Shown here: piece after piece, positions 30,556 through 39,745 of the stretch
Layout: every line of letters begins with the position of its first letter
Numbering within the stretch: position 1 is the stretch's first letter
NCBI GenBank assembly: GCA_046726375.1
Contig: JBKPAJ010000021.1
Location: 65,199 to 129,198, forward strand
Reading direction: 5' to 3'
DNA from: Acidobacteriota bacterium
GTDB taxonomy: Bacteria; Acidobacteriota; Vicinamibacteria; Vicinamibacterales; UBA2999
DNA length: 64,000 nucleotides
Translations under genes and position numbers: made by a program
The notes under the pieces: generated by a model
Told to the model about the DNA's origin: nothing
Databases searched by the model: none
The model's input: the letters and a program-made list of their open reading frames with translations, nothing else

Positions 30556-32403
30556 CTGCGGCGGAGAGGTCGAGTCGGCGGGAATGTCGGCCGGGGAATG
30601 AACGCGAATCGCGGTTCCCTGCCCGCGGGTGCTGACGACTTTCACATGGCCGCCCACCGCGTGGGCGCGCTCCTCCATGCTCACAAGACCTAATCCGCCG
30701 CCACGCTTGCGCACCGCCTCGACGTCGAACCCGCGCCCGTCATCGATGACCGTGAGATCGACGTCGTCGCCGGAGCGGGAGAGGATGACCGTGAATTGCC
30801 GCGCGCTGCCGTGAACGACGCCGTTTCGGAGCGCCTCCTGGGCGATTCGAAACAAGCACACTGAGACGTCAGGATGCAGGCGCGCGAGAGTGCCTTCGGT
30901 TTTGAAGGTCACTCGAACGTCATGTCGTTTTGCCACTTGATTGCAGTACGCCTTCAGGGCCGGCGCGAGGCCGAGCAGTCGCAGGGAAGCGGGGTGCAGA
31001 TCGTGGGAGAGGCGTCGAATGCCATCGAACATGCCCTGCGTCCTGTTCTCCAAGTCCGAAAAGGCCTGTTGCGACTGCGCGTCCTGGATGTTGGCCGACG
31101 ATTGCTTAAGAGTACTCACCCCTATCGACACGAACGCCAACTGCTGGCAGACGTCGTCGTGCAGGTCGCGGGCGATGCTGGCGCGCGCAGCTTCCTGTGC
31201 GTTGATCAGTCTGCCGGCGAGCTGGCGGATTCGCTCGTAGCTCGTTCGCAGCGACGCCTCTCGTGCTCTGATCGTCTCCTCGGCGCGGCGCCGTCTGGCT
31301 CGCTGCGCGAGGAGCGCCGCGATGAGCACCAACTGCGCCCCAACCACGACGATCGTCGCCACGATGTACGTGCGATAGGTTTCCCACGCGCTGAGCGTCC
31401 TGAAACGCACGTCCGCTCCCGCGGGAAGCTTCGCGGGGTCAACGCCCCAGCGCCGTAGTTGCCGAAAGTCGAAGATCGGTACGAGCCGAGCGCGTTCGAG
31501 AGGAATGTCCTGCGGCCGTGCACCGTCGAGCAGCTGACGCGTCATCTGGCCGAGGCGGGTGCCGGTTTCGCGGGTGAGACGCACGACGCCACCGACCAGA
31601 CCCAAGCCGATATAAAAATCGCTCGTACCGTACACCGGCACCGTTGCGGTCTCGGCTAGGCGCTGCGCGATGGTGTCCGGATAAATGAAATTGTTCGCGT
31701 CCCGGGGTTGATGCCAGAGATACAGAATCAAGCTGCGCGATGGTACAGCCTTGACTGCGGCGAGGAGCCGCGGGACGGTGCTCTCGTTGATATACGTCAG
31801 CTTGACTTGATCGGAAAAGCCAGCCAGCTCACGTGCGACAACGTCTTGGCTGACCTGCTCACCAGTCTTGGCCACGACGAATACCTGCTCCGTTGCGGGA
31901 TGCAACGCCAGCGCAACCTTCAGCGTCTCCGCATACGCAACGCCAACGAGCACTCCGGTCAGCGGACGGGCGGGGCTGTGATTGATCTCGTCTGGGATCT
32001 CGAGCCCTGTGAACACCATCGGCGCATCGGGAAATAGCTGATCGCGATACGCCAGCACAAACCGCAGTACCGCGTCGGTCATCGCAATCACCACATCGAC
32101 ACGCCGGTCGCGAAACTTCCGCGCAATGTAGTCGCGCAGGTCCAACGATGCATCTGCTACTCCGAACGCGTCAGCCTCCAGGTATTCGGTGAAGAAGTCA
32201 ATTCGCGTCTCCGGCGGCGCCGCGAGCGCATTCCGAATGGCGTTTTCGAGCACGAGATTCGACGGGTGGTCTTCAGGGCCGCCAAAGATCGCCAGTACGG
32301 TTTTTGGCGAGGGCGCCTGAGCGAATACCGGCCGGTCGGCCCAATCTGATGCGAGAACGATCAGAGCAACCGAGATCACCCGAACGAGGGCTGCGGCAGT
32401 CAT
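30526..32403 (-). CDS. sensor histidine kinase (HisKA_3/NarX-type) with periplasmic solute-binding-like sensor domain
   Basis: 625 aa: signal/TM, a ~300-aa periplasmic domain resembling the ABC-type substrate-binding fold, a second TM, H-box ARDLHDDVCQQL, and an HATPase region (DDGRGF…GGLGLVSMEERA). Confidence 0.88.
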   Translation of the reverse strand: MTAAALVRVISVALIVLASDWADRPVFAQAPSPKTVLAIFGGPEDHPSNLVLENAIRNALAAPPETRIDFFTEYLEADAFGVADASLDLRDYIARKFRDRRVDVVIAMTDAVLRFVLAYRDQLFPDAPMVFTGLEIPDEINHSPARPLTGVLVGVAYAETLKVALALHPATEQVFVVAKTGEQVSQDVVARELAGFSDQVKLTYINESTVPRLLAAVKAVPSRSLILYLWHQPRDANNFIYPDTIAQRLAETATVPVYGTSDFYIGLGLVGGVVRLTRETGTRLGQMTRQLLDGARPQDIPLERARLVPIFDFRQLRRWGVDPAKLPAGADVRFRTLSAWETYRTYIVATIVVVGAQLVLIAALLAQRARRRRAEETIRAREASLRTSYERIRQLAGRLINAQEAARASIARDLHDDVCQQLAFVSIGVSTLKQSSANIQDAQSQQAFSDLENRTQGMFDGIRRLSHDLHPASLRLLGLAPALKAYCNQVAKRHDVRVTFKTEGTLARLHPDVSVCLFRIAQEALRNGVVHGSARQFTVILSRSGDDVDLTVIDDGRGFDVEAVRKRGGGLGLVSMEERAHAVGGHVKVVSTRGQGTAIRVHSPADIPADSTSPPQSPDVAGYVG

Positions 32404-32405
32404 TC

Positions 32406-35400
32406 TCAGAACAACACCCTGACCGCGAGCTGGATCTGCCGCGACGATCCCGCTTCGCCAGTGGGCAGACGCGTCCTTGTGATCTTGCCGAACGTCGGTG
32501 TGTCGACGATGTTGCCTGGCGGGCCGAAGTTCGCGTGATTGAAGAGGTCGAACACGTCCACTCGAAACTGCAGACCGACAGCCTGTGCAGGTTGTGCATT
32601 CCTGATCAGCGACAGATCCGTGTTGTGGAATGCCGGGCCGATCACGACGTTTCTGCCCAAATTGCCGAAACGATCGACGGCCGCGAACGCCGAGCGATCA
32701 AACCACTGATCCACCTGCCCAATGATGCGGATCGGGCCGGTGACATCGGGGCGCACCGTATTCGGAGCGCCATTGAGGCTGCTGTTGCTCGTGACGATGT
32801 TGACGGGATTGCCACTCTGCGACTGCACGACTGCAGCCACCTGCCATCCCCGCGTCATGACGTGTGCGGTAAACGGCAATGAATAACCCGCGCTGAGCAC
32901 GAACCGATGGCGCGCGTCGAAGTCGGACAAACCGTACTGGGCGGGAATGTTGTAGCTATCCTGCACGGCAAAGCCGGAGGAGTTCAACGAGTTGGTGTCG
33001 AGCGACTTCGACAACGTGTACGAACCGTCGAATTGCAGGCCGTGCGAAAGCCGCTTCGTCAGCGCCACTGACGCGGCGTGGTAACTCGAGAATCCGCTGC
33101 TCTCCACCTGCGTGATGGTGCCGAGCGGCGTGCCTGGACGAATAGGGCTCGCGTTCGACACGACGGGAAACGGGCGCGCTCCAGCCACCGGCTGATTGAG
33201 ATTGCGCGAGAGCCGCAGATTCTTTCCGCGCGATCCGAGGTAGGCAGCGGTGATCGCCAGGTCGGCGGCGATTTGTCGCTGCACGTTCACATTCCACGAG
33301 TCCAGTGTGGCGTTTCGCAATCGGTGATCGACGGTTGCCGGCGCAAGCCCACCGGGTCGCGTCGTGTGCAACGCGTTGCTAAGAGCGATGGCGCCCGTCG
33401 CGGTCAACGGTGCCGCCCACGGCGGATTGCCGGCCGTGTCTCTCACTGCCGTTGTGCTCGGTTGGTCTACGGCGCGCGCATAAGCCGCGCGCGCCACCGT
33501 GCGGCCGTCAGACGAGAGGCTGAAGGCCACTCCCACGCGAGGCTCGAGATTGCGATTGTTCTGCCGGTAGATGTCGTGGACGTCCACGCCGACCCGCAAC
33601 AGCGATGCAGTCGGTGCATCGAACACGATGAATTTGTCGTCACGCTCGGTCGGTGTGACGTGCCACTCGTAACGCATCCCGAGTTCGAGCGTCAGCCGGT
33701 CGTGGACGATGATCTGATCCTGAAAGAAAAGAGATGCCGCACGCTGATCGATGAAACTTGTTCGCTCGCCGAGCGTGATATTGAACGCGTTCGCTGTTCC
33801 AGCCAGAAACGCAGACACGGACGGGAAGTTGAACACGCCGGTTCCCTCAGCGAAGTTCTCGTTGAGAAAGTGGCGGTACTCGCCGCCGAATTTCATCGAG
33901 TGCCTGCCGCTGGAGCGACTGAACGTGTCGTTGAACACGTATGAGGTGTCGTAGCGTCCCTGCGGCAGGTTCCCAGGACCGCCGAAATTGAGGTCACCCG
34001 CGACGATCATCTGAGGCAACCCAATCGGCCGCGTCACTCCGTTTGCAATACCGAAACTCGTCGGATTGAGCGCTGCGGCCGGAAAGCTGCCTCCGCGCAG
34101 ATAGCTGCGGCCAAATCGGACCTCATTGACGGCGTGCGTGCCGAACATGTGCGTTTCGTTGACGGTGAGAATGTTCGCGTAAGGGCGGAACACCAGCCCG
34201 AACCCGGGAATGCTGTTGCCTTGCGCCCCGGGTTCGTTCGCACGGACGTGCTGGCTGCCAAAATAAGCCTGGACACGGTCATTGCCGCCGATGCTGTGGC
34301 GGACATCGATCGCCCAGCGATCGGTATCGACGATCGCTGGCGCTGAGCCGATCCATCGCGCGGTCCCGTCTGCATCGAACGCGTTCGCTCGGGGGATGAG
34401 GGGAATCAATTGTCGAATGACCGGATCCGTCGCCGCGGCGCGTTGCTCGTCGCTGAGCACGAGGCTGTTCATGTTGACGCCCTGCCGCTGTCTGAAGGCT
34501 TCGTACGAAGCAAAGAAGAAGGTGCGTCCGCGGCGGATGGGGCCGCCCATCGATCCACCAAACTGATGACGGCGGAAGGGTGCCGGATCGGGCGTATTGA
34601 ACTCGAAAAAGTTCCGCGCATCGAGCGCATCGTTGCGTGCGAACTCGAAGACGTCGCCGTGGAATTCGTCGGTGCCCGATCGCGTCACGATGTTGACGAT
34701 CGCTCCCGACACGTGGCCGTATTCGACACCGAGCGTCGAACTGTCAATCTTCAGTTCCTGGATGCTGCCGAGAGGAGGCTCGAAGATGAGTGAACCGAAC
34801 GTCAGGTTGTTGGTGGTGACGCCGTTGACCACGAACCCCACAGCCTCTTCACGATTGCCGGCGATGTTGAAGGCGAGCGCACCGACACCGCGAATCGGTC
34901 TCGAGGAGAATCCGTTCTGCGACGGTGTCACCGATGCCGGCACGAGCAGACCGAGATCGATGAAGTGCCGGCCATTGAGCGGAATCTGTTGGATCGTTTG
35001 AGCGGTGACGACCTGGCCGATCGTAGTCGTGGCGCGGTCGATGAGCGGCACTTCGGCGCGAACCACCACGGTCTCGCTTCGCGCGCCCACCTCCAGGCGA
35101 AAGTCGCGCACCAGCGTACGCCCGACATCGACTATCAGCTCCTCGATGACCTCACTGCCGAAGCCTGTCGCTTCGACCGTGACTCTGTACCTGCCCGCCG
35201 GCAGTGCCGCGATGTGATATCGGCCATCGGACGCGGTGTGACGGGACGTTTCGAAGCCGGTCGTGGGGTCACGCACATCAATCGACGCACCAGCGACCAC
35301 CGCGCCGGACGCGTCAATGACGCGACCCTGCAGAACCGCCGTCGTCTGGGCGCCGCATGGCACTGAAGCGCAGAGGAGCGCTAAGCTCATCAGCGCCGAC

Positions 35401-35426
35401 TCCAGACGGTGAGATCGAACGACCAA
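32406..35426 (-). CDS. TonB-dependent receptor with CarboxypepD_reg-like N-terminal domain
   Basis: 1006 aa with signal peptide, LQGRVIDASGAVVAGASIDV…GRYHIAALPAGRYRVTVEATGF, plug and 22-strand-barrel-like remainder, ending ...RQIQLAVRVLF. Its stop lies 2 nt before the kinase ATG. Confidence 0.9.
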   Translation of the reverse strand: MVVRSHRLESALMSLALLCASVPCGAQTTAVLQGRVIDASGAVVAGASIDVRDPTTGFETSRHTASDGRYHIAALPAGRYRVTVEATGFGSEVIEELIVDVGRTLVRDFRLEVGARSETVVVRAEVPLIDRATTTIGQVVTAQTIQQIPLNGRHFIDLGLLVPASVTPSQNGFSSRPIRGVGALAFNIAGNREEAVGFVVNGVTTNNLTFGSLIFEPPLGSIQELKIDSSTLGVEYGHVSGAIVNIVTRSGTDEFHGDVFEFARNDALDARNFFEFNTPDPAPFRRHQFGGSMGGPIRRGRTFFFASYEAFRQRQGVNMNSLVLSDEQRAAATDPVIRQLIPLIPRANAFDADGTARWIGSAPAIVDTDRWAIDVRHSIGGNDRVQAYFGSQHVRANEPGAQGNSIPGFGLVFRPYANILTVNETHMFGTHAVNEVRFGRSYLRGGSFPAAALNPTSFGIANGVTRPIGLPQMIVAGDLNFGGPGNLPQGRYDTSYVFNDTFSRSSGRHSMKFGGEYRHFLNENFAEGTGVFNFPSVSAFLAGTANAFNITLGERTSFIDQRAASLFFQDQIIVHDRLTLELGMRYEWHVTPTERDDKFIVFDAPTASLLRVGVDVHDIYRQNNRNLEPRVGVAFSLSSDGRTVARAAYARAVDQPSTTAVRDTAGNPPWAAPLTATGAIALSNALHTTRPGGLAPATVDHRLRNATLDSWNVNVQRQIAADLAITAAYLGSRGKNLRLSRNLNQPVAGARPFPVVSNASPIRPGTPLGTITQVESSGFSSYHAASVALTKRLSHGLQFDGSYTLSKSLDTNSLNSSGFAVQDSYNIPAQYGLSDFDARHRFVLSAGYSLPFTAHVMTRGWQVAAVVQSQSGNPVNIVTSNSSLNGAPNTVRPDVTGPIRIIGQVDQWFDRSAFAAVDRFGNLGRNVVIGPAFHNTDLSLIRNAQPAQAVGLQFRVDVFDLFNHANFGPPGNIVDTPTFGKITRTRLPTGEAGSSRQIQLAVRVLF

Positions 35427-35547
35427 GGTGTGGTAACCCGCGACCGAGCGGAGTATGCATCGAGCAATTGCGGAGGATCAATCGCTGCACATACGTAACG
35501 GGACAGCCGAGGTGGACTTCTACAGGTAAGAAGCTAAAGTAGCGCCC

Positions 35548-36177
35548 ATGAACGTGCCTCGGGTCCTGCTCGCCGACGATCACGCATTGCTTCTCGGTGC
35601 GTTTGAGAAGCTGCTGGCAGGTGAATGTGAGATCGTCGGCCAGGTGTCTGATGGGCGGGCACTGATCACCGCCGCCGAAACCCTCAAACCAGACGTTATC
35701 GTCCTCGACATCTCGATGCCGCTATTGAACGGTCTTGAAGCCGGGCGTCAAATCAAGCAGCGGCTGCGCACCGTGAAACTGGTCTTTTTGACCATGAACG
35801 AGGATTCTGACCTGGCAGCTGAGGCATTTCGTGCGGGGGCGTCGGCATATCTGCTCAAGCGTTCGGCGGCCTCGGAGCTGTCGGCCGCCATACGCGAAGT
35901 CATGCAGGGACGCTCGTACATCACGCCGCTTGTTGCCGAAGGCCTCGTCGGCGCGCTCATGCACGTCGATGAGCACAAGGCGGAGCAGGAATTGACCCCG
36001 CGCCAGCGTGAAGTGCTGCAATTGCTCGCCGAGGGCCGCTCGATGAAAGAAGTCGCCAGCGTGTTGAACCTCACTCCGCGGACGGTCGCCTTTCACAAAT
36101 ACCGGATGATGGAACAGCTGAAAGTGAAATCAACGGCCGAGTTGATTCAGTATGCGGTCAAGCGTCACATCGTTTGA
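35548..36177 (+). CDS. NarL/LuxR-family response regulator
   Basis: 209 aa with a receiver domain (VLLADDH…DVIVLDISMPLLNGLE) and a LuxR HTH (LTPRQREVLQLLAEGRSMKEVASVLNLTPRTVAFHKYRMMEQL). Confidence 0.93.
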   Translation: MNVPRVLLADDHALLLGAFEKLLAGECEIVGQVSDGRALITAAETLKPDVIVLDISMPLLNGLEAGRQIKQRLRTVKLVFLTMNEDSDLAAEAFRAGASAYLLKRSAASELSAAIREVMQGRSYITPLVAEGLVGALMHVDEHKAEQELTPRQREVLQLLAEGRSMKEVASVLNLTPRTVAFHKYRMMEQLKVKSTAELIQYAVKRHIV

Positions 36178-36210
36178 TCCACAGGCGAGCCGCAGCTCAT
36201 CCCACATAAG

Positions 36211-36390
36211 CTTTCGCTACCGATGCGTCGCAGACCGCTGATGCAGTCGAAAGGACATCTGGCGAACTGTCCGTTTGGCGGCGAAAAGAACAGCGGCCTC
36301 GGAAGATACAACGGTCAATGGTCGATCGAGGAGCTCACCACAATGAACTGGATCTCTGTGCAACACGAACCGTTGACCTATCCCTTCTGA
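36211..36390 (+). pseudogene. relic of the C-terminal end of an aldehyde dehydrogenase
   Basis: Not in the track (<60 aa). Hand translation gives …[41 protein letters not shown], which matches the conserved ALDH C-terminus (PFGG.K.SG.GR…E.T…W). It is bounded upstream by a TAA at 36208, so the other ~450 codons are absent. Confidence 0.7.
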
Positions 36391-36454
36391 GATGACCGCC
36401 GTGCACGTTCACCGAACGACGGCGCGCAAGCGCGCGACGAAGGTCCCCGCGACG

Positions 36455-37408
36455 ATGCGCGCGGCCGCCATTGATCGGTTCGGAGGACCGGAGGTCTTGA
36501 CGCTGCACGTCATGCCGGTACCTGAAGTCGGGCCCTCGGAAGTCCTGATCGCGATTCACACGGCGGGCGTTGGCAGTTGGGACGCAGACATGCGCGAGGG
36601 ATGGTGGCCCGACAGCAAGCGCCCCAGGCCTCCGCTGGTGCCGGGCACTGACGGCTCAGGGACAATCGCCGGAGTAGGCTCGCGGGTTCGTCGATTCGCT
36701 CGCGGCGACACGGTGTATTCGTATAGCTTTGCCAACCCGAAGGGCGGCTTCTACGCGGAGTACGTGGCTGTCGTCGCCGAGAAGGTCGGACGACCTCCCG
36801 CGATGCTCAGCCTGAAAGAGGCGGGTGCGGTCGCCACCACGGGTCTGACCGCGATCCAGGGAATAGACGACGTGCTTCATGTGAAGCGCGGCGAGGCTGT
36901 CGTGATTCACGGCGCCTCGGGCGGCGTCGGCAGTCTCGCGCTGCAGTTTGCGAAGATGCGCGGCGCGCGGGTCCTGGCGACCGCGTCCGGGCAAGAGGGC
37001 ATCGCGCTCGTGCGCCGTCTCGGCGCGGACGCAGCCGCCGACGCACGGCGTGATGACCTCAAGGCCGCGGCACTCGAGTTCGCGCCCGACGGCGTCGACG
37101 CGGTCCTGGCGCTTGCCGGAGGCAAGGCGCTCACACGGCTGCTCGACGCCGTTCGACGCGGTGGCCGCGTCGCGTTCCCAAAAGGCGTGGAACCCGCTCC
37201 TCGCAAGCGACGGGACTTGTCCGTCCAGTCGTACGACGCGACGCCGGGCGCCCGCGAGTTCGAACGCTTGGGGCGAGCGATTGAAGCCGCGCAGCTCGAG
37301 GTAGCGATTGCCGCGGCGTACCCGCTCGAGCGGGCCGCGAGCGCACACCAACGGCTCGAGAAGGGTCACGTGCACGGCAAGATCGTGTTGCGCGTCCGGG
37401 GCCGTTAA
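36455..37408 (+). CDS. zinc-type alcohol dehydrogenase / NADPH:quinone oxidoreductase (MDR family)
   Basis: MRAAAIDRFGGPEVL…, the GAGGVG-type Rossmann motif IHGASGGVGSLALQFAK, and HVHGKIVL at the end. The track start 36392 (1 nt after the ALDH-relic stop) would add a basic 21-aa extension. The start is ambiguous. Confidence 0.88.
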   Translation: MRAAAIDRFGGPEVLTLHVMPVPEVGPSEVLIAIHTAGVGSWDADMREGWWPDSKRPRPPLVPGTDGSGTIAGVGSRVRRFARGDTVYSYSFANPKGGFYAEYVAVVAEKVGRPPAMLSLKEAGAVATTGLTAIQGIDDVLHVKRGEAVVIHGASGGVGSLALQFAKMRGARVLATASGQEGIALVRRLGADAAADARRDDLKAAALEFAPDGVDAVLALAGGKALTRLLDAVRRGGRVAFPKGVEPAPRKRRDLSVQSYDATPGAREFERLGRAIEAAQLEVAIAAAYPLERAASAHQRLEKGHVHGKIVLRVRGR

Positions 37409-37746
37409 CTGTATTGGCGGCCCCGAGGGCGTCTCTCTGCGCGCACGGTCTTCGAAGGATTCGCCGAAGTACTGGGAGTTTGGTCCGTCGCGGTAATTGT
37501 CGGAATGATGCAACGACCACGGCAGCGAACCAAGTGCCCTCGCAGGCCGATGCTCAAGACCGTGGCGCATGAGATCGCGCATCTGCTGAACCATCATCGC
37601 AAAGCATCGACGCCGGCGCACGAGTACTACCAGACGTCCCGCTATCTGGTGGACGTGTTGAACACGCTGGACGGATCTGACATCAAAATCCCCATCAGCG
37701 CGTGCTCGACTGGAACCCCTGGTAGCGGGAGGCCGAATCTCGACCT

Positions 37747-38469
37747 TCACCGCGCCAAGTGCTTTGTCAGCCACGATGCCTGGTACTCACGCAACAGCGC
37801 GATCGCTTCGTCAGCATTCGCCACACAGCGTGGGATGGCCATGTCGTCGGCGTTTGCCAACGGGGGGTCTTCAGCGAGCATTGAGCGACGCGCCCATTCG
37901 ATCAGGCCGGGCCACATCTTCCCCACGAGAATCAGCGGTGCGTCCGGGAGATGTTTCACCTGGAGCAGTTGCCAGATGATCATCGTTTCCAGGACCGTGC
38001 CGACACCTCCCGGCGCCACCAGGAAGGCGTCGGAGGCGAGCACGAACTGGTGCAGGCGCGTAAAGAACGTCCGATGCTCGAAGACCTCCGTCACAAACGC
38101 GTTGACTTCCTGTTCAAACGGCAAATCGACCCGAATCCCGATCGACTCACCTCGTTTCGCTGTGGCCGCTCCTTCGTTGGCCGCCCTCATCAGACCTGGT
38201 CCCCCGCCGGTGATGATGTCGCAGTTCATCTCTGCCAGCGCGGCGGCAACCCGCTTCGTCTCTTCATAGCCGAACGATCCCGGCTGCACCCGCGCCGAGC
38301 CGAAGATGGTCACGCGATAGCGATCGCGGCGAGAGGGTTTGAGGCGGGTCAGATTGTTGACGACGTCCCAGAGTCCCAGGATCGAATCCACGAGAATCTG
38401 CCTCACATGCTCTTCATCCGCGAGGCTGACGGCTGCGGGCGATGTGTCACCAGACGTATGGTCGCTCAT
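37747..38469 (-). CDS. LOG-family (TIGR00730) nucleotide phosphoribohydrolase
   Basis: 240 aa with IFGSARV…, GGGPGLMRAANEGA and PGGVGTVLE motifs. Confidence 0.9.
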   Translation of the reverse strand: MSDHTSGDTSPAAVSLADEEHVRQILVDSILGLWDVVNNLTRLKPSRRDRYRVTIFGSARVQPGSFGYEETKRVAAALAEMNCDIITGGGPGLMRAANEGAATAKRGESIGIRVDLPFEQEVNAFVTEVFEHRTFFTRLHQFVLASDAFLVAPGGVGTVLETMIIWQLLQVKHLPDAPLILVGKMWPGLIEWARRSMLAEDPPLANADDMAIPRCVANADEAIALLREYQASWLTKHLAR

Positions 38470-38782
38470 GACTGTTCTCTCTCATTTGGTCCGCAAGTAT
38501 TCCCGGCGCTGCGACGACCGCCAACAATGCTTGCAACTGATATTCGTTTGTTAAGACGGCCGGCATCGAAGCGGCTCGGCGGAATGTAATACATGGGTGT
38601 AGAATCTGCCCACATCTCCAACCGGCAGCAGCGACGAGTCGACCGCCGATGACTTGGGCGGCGTGATCATGCGCGCGGTCGCCATCGTTGACCGCGGCAT
38701 CGCCTCCATTGACCGCCCGTAGCGTGATTACCGGTCTGCCTGTGACGCGACGGCAGCGCCGGGAGGCGGCACCTAGCCCAAG

Positions 38783-38801
38783 TAATTGACATTGTCAATT
38801 A
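38783..38801. promoter_or_regulatory. 19-bp perfect palindrome, candidate MarR operator
   Basis: TAATTGACATTGTCAATTA lies 21 nt upstream of the MarR-GNAT start. An additional half-site-like TTGACAAT is at 38807-14. Confidence 0.55.
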
Positions 38802-38821
38802 GTTACTTGACAATAGCCAGC

Positions 38822-39745
38822 ATGGACTCCAGGACCCGCGTCCAGGCCGTCCGCCGCTTCAATCGTTTCTACACTAAACACATCGGCGTCCTGCAGCAGG
38901 GATTTCTCGGCAGTCCGTTCTCACTTGCGGAAGGACGCGTGCTGTACGAGATCGCGCATCGCCCGCAGCCGACGCCGACCGACGTCGCCAAAGCGCTCGC
39001 GCTCGACGCAGCCTACGTGAGCCGCATGCTGCGCAGTTTCGATCAGCGCGGCCTGGTGCGCCGCACGCCGTCGCGCACCGACGGCCGGCGCGCGCACCTG
39101 TCGCTCACGCGCAGCGGACAGGCGGCCTTCGCGCGCCTCAATCAGCGAACCAACGACGACGTTGCGGCAACGCTGCACAAACTGTCGGCAGGTGACCAGC
39201 GACGGTTGGTGGCGGCGATGCAGGTCATCGAAGGGTTGCTGGGTGCGACGCGGGAGCAACCCACGTCGTACCTCCTGCGCCCGCCGCAAGCCGGAGACCT
39301 GGGGTGGATCGTGCATCGTCAGGGCGCGCTCTACGCCGACGAGTGGGGATACAACGAGGAGTTCGAGGCGCTCGCCGCCGACATCGTTGCGGCGTTCGTG
39401 CAGCACCTGAGGCCGTCGAAGGAACGCTGCTGGATCGCTGAAAAGGACGGCGAGATCGTCGGCTCGGTCTTCCTCGTCTACAAATCGAAGACTGTTGCGA
39501 AGCTTCGACTGCTGTACGTCGAGCCGTCTGCGCGTGGTCTGGGCATCGGTGCGCGGCTCATCGAGGAATGCGTGCGCTTCGCGAGACGGGCGGGATACCA
39601 GAAGATCACGCTGTGGACGCAGAGCGAGCTCGCGGCGGCGCGACATCTCTACAAGCGGGCCGGGTTTACGCTGACCGCGAAAAAGACACACGACAGCTTC
39701 GGCAGGAAAGGCCTTGTGGCCGAGACGTGGGACCTCGCGCTGTGA
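38822..39745 (+). CDS. MarR-type HTH regulator fused to GNAT acetyltransferase
   Basis: The N-terminal part is a MarR wHTH (…LAEGRVLYEIAH…VAKALALDAAYVSRMLRSFDQRGLVRR…). The C-terminal part is GNAT (…YVEPSARGLGIGARLIEECVRFARRAGYQKITLWT…). I chose the ATG at 38822. Confidence 0.88.
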   Translation: MDSRTRVQAVRRFNRFYTKHIGVLQQGFLGSPFSLAEGRVLYEIAHRPQPTPTDVAKALALDAAYVSRMLRSFDQRGLVRRTPSRTDGRRAHLSLTRSGQAAFARLNQRTNDDVAATLHKLSAGDQRRLVAAMQVIEGLLGATREQPTSYLLRPPQAGDLGWIVHRQGALYADEWGYNEEFEALAADIVAAFVQHLRPSKERCWIAEKDGEIVGSVFLVYKSKTVAKLRLLYVEPSARGLGIGARLIEECVRFARRAGYQKITLWTQSELAAARHLYKRAGFTLTAKKTHDSFGRKGLVAETWDLAL

